The position numbers and the translations under genes are program-made. From the NCBI GenBank assembly GCA_963823665.1, contig CAWGMQ010000004.1, positions 1,600,001 through 1,664,000 on the forward strand: a stretch of 64,000 nt of DNA. The letters are read 5' to 3'. Below, one piece after another: positions 63,101 through 64,000 of this stretch; within the stretch, counting starts at the first letter, position 1; every line of letters begins with the position of its first letter. Source of the stretch: an uncultured Planctomycetota bacterium. Lineage in GTDB: Bacteria > Planctomycetota > Planctomycetia > Isosphaerales > Isosphaeraceae. The notes beneath the pieces are model-generated. The model saw nothing but the letters and a program-made list of their open reading frames with translations. It had not been told where the DNA came from and made no database searches.

Positions 63101-64000
63101 TGACGGCATCCAATCTGACCGCCGTCGGCACGCCCGAAGGCGTGATCTTCACCGTCAGCGCCGCTCACACCTATGCTGAAGAAGGCACCTATGCCTACAC
63201 CGTCACCGTCACCGACGACGGCGGCTCGGTCACCATCTTCAGCGGCTCGGCCATCGTCGCCGACGCGGCCCTGGCACCTTCGGCAACCCAGCCGACCGTC
63301 AGCACCGTGGAAGCCTCGATCTTCCCCGTACCGGTCTTCTCACCGCCGCTCTTCAAGGGCCCGGTCGCCTCGTTCACCGATGCCAATCCGACTTCCACCA
63401 TCGCCGACTTCTTCGCCACCATCGACTGGGGCGACGGCACCCCCATGACCGCCGGCACGGTCAGCCAGCCAGGCGGCGTCGGCACCGCCTACCTCGTCAG
63501 CGGCTCGCATACCTACGCTGACTCCGGTGTCACCACCGGCACCGGAAATAGCGGAACTTACGCGATCCAGGTCTTCGTCACCGACGACGGCGGCTCCAGG
63601 CTCACCGTCGACAACACCGCCACCGTGGCCGACAACTCGATCACCCTGACCGGCGTGCTCAATCCCGCAACCGACAGCGGCCTCTCAACCGGCACCCCCG
63701 ACGTCACCAACGTCAAGCAGCCCGACTTCTTCGGCACGTCCGAGCCGCTCTCGAGCGTCACCCTGTCAGCAACCCTGCTTCCCAGCGGCACCCCCTTCAT
63801 CATCGGCCAGGTCGAGTCGGGCAGCGACGGCTCGTGGAACATCCAGTCCGACATCCCGCTGGCCGACGGCCATTACTCGATCACGGCCACCGCGATCGAC
63901 CAGTTCGGCGAAACCATCGTGACCACGCCCCCCAGCCCGGTCGTGATCACCAGCAACCTCTTGATCGACACCACCGGACCGGTCGTCACCGGCATGTTCT
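57149..64000 (+). CDS. Giant Thr/Gly-rich surface protein (LEPLESRVVL motif, beta-solenoid-like region, many PKD/Ig-like DWGDG domains, bacterial Ig-like domain); frameshift ~62345; runs off the window
   Basis: Repeated (D/N)WGDG...GSHTY.EEG.Y units; one missing base in acc g[.]t gcg ccg restores DANTGAPASDF; duplicated block TDLPVTG..FTAVEGQNTG..LATF.DPNTLATVADV at ~61530 and ~62565. Confidence 0.85.

Noticed and set aside
59240..63168. Long minus-strand ORFs (845 and 337 aa)
   Set aside because: Antisense shadows caused by strong codon bias in the giant plus-strand gene.

Overview
GC-rich bacterial chromosomal window with Planctomycetota hallmarks (inferred; probably Isosphaeraceae-like): ECF sigma plus Ser/Thr kinase pairs, a Uma2 nuclease, and giant surface proteins with the N-terminal LExLExRxL motif. 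Housekeeping genes: uvrA, rnhA, lexA, accD, hrpB, an mnmE-like GTPase, coaX-obgE-rpmA and queC. About 15 apparent single-base frameshifts, including in rnhA and uvrA, suggest indel errors in the assembly rather than mass pseudogenisation. An accessory block at about 13.6-28.6 kb holds a repeat-rich non-coding tract, a complete 1911-bp IS (terminal IRs, 6-bp target duplication), a giant YDG-repeat surface protein divergent from an ECF-kinase pair, integrase and RAYT-like debris, and a compact two-gene operon (PII/DUF3574-like protein plus ribbon-helix-helix protein, with a palindrome in its promoter) that looks like an undescribed toxin-antitoxin module. Other highlights: an unannotated 194-nt rod-shaped (6S-like) RNA candidate upstream of the mnmE-like gene, three tandem paralogous exported proteins behind an orphan TolC-family gene, and a ~105-aa soluble module inserted in a membrane alpha/beta hydrolase. 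No tRNA, rRNA or CRISPR array was seen. All family assignments are from motif reading; no searches were run.
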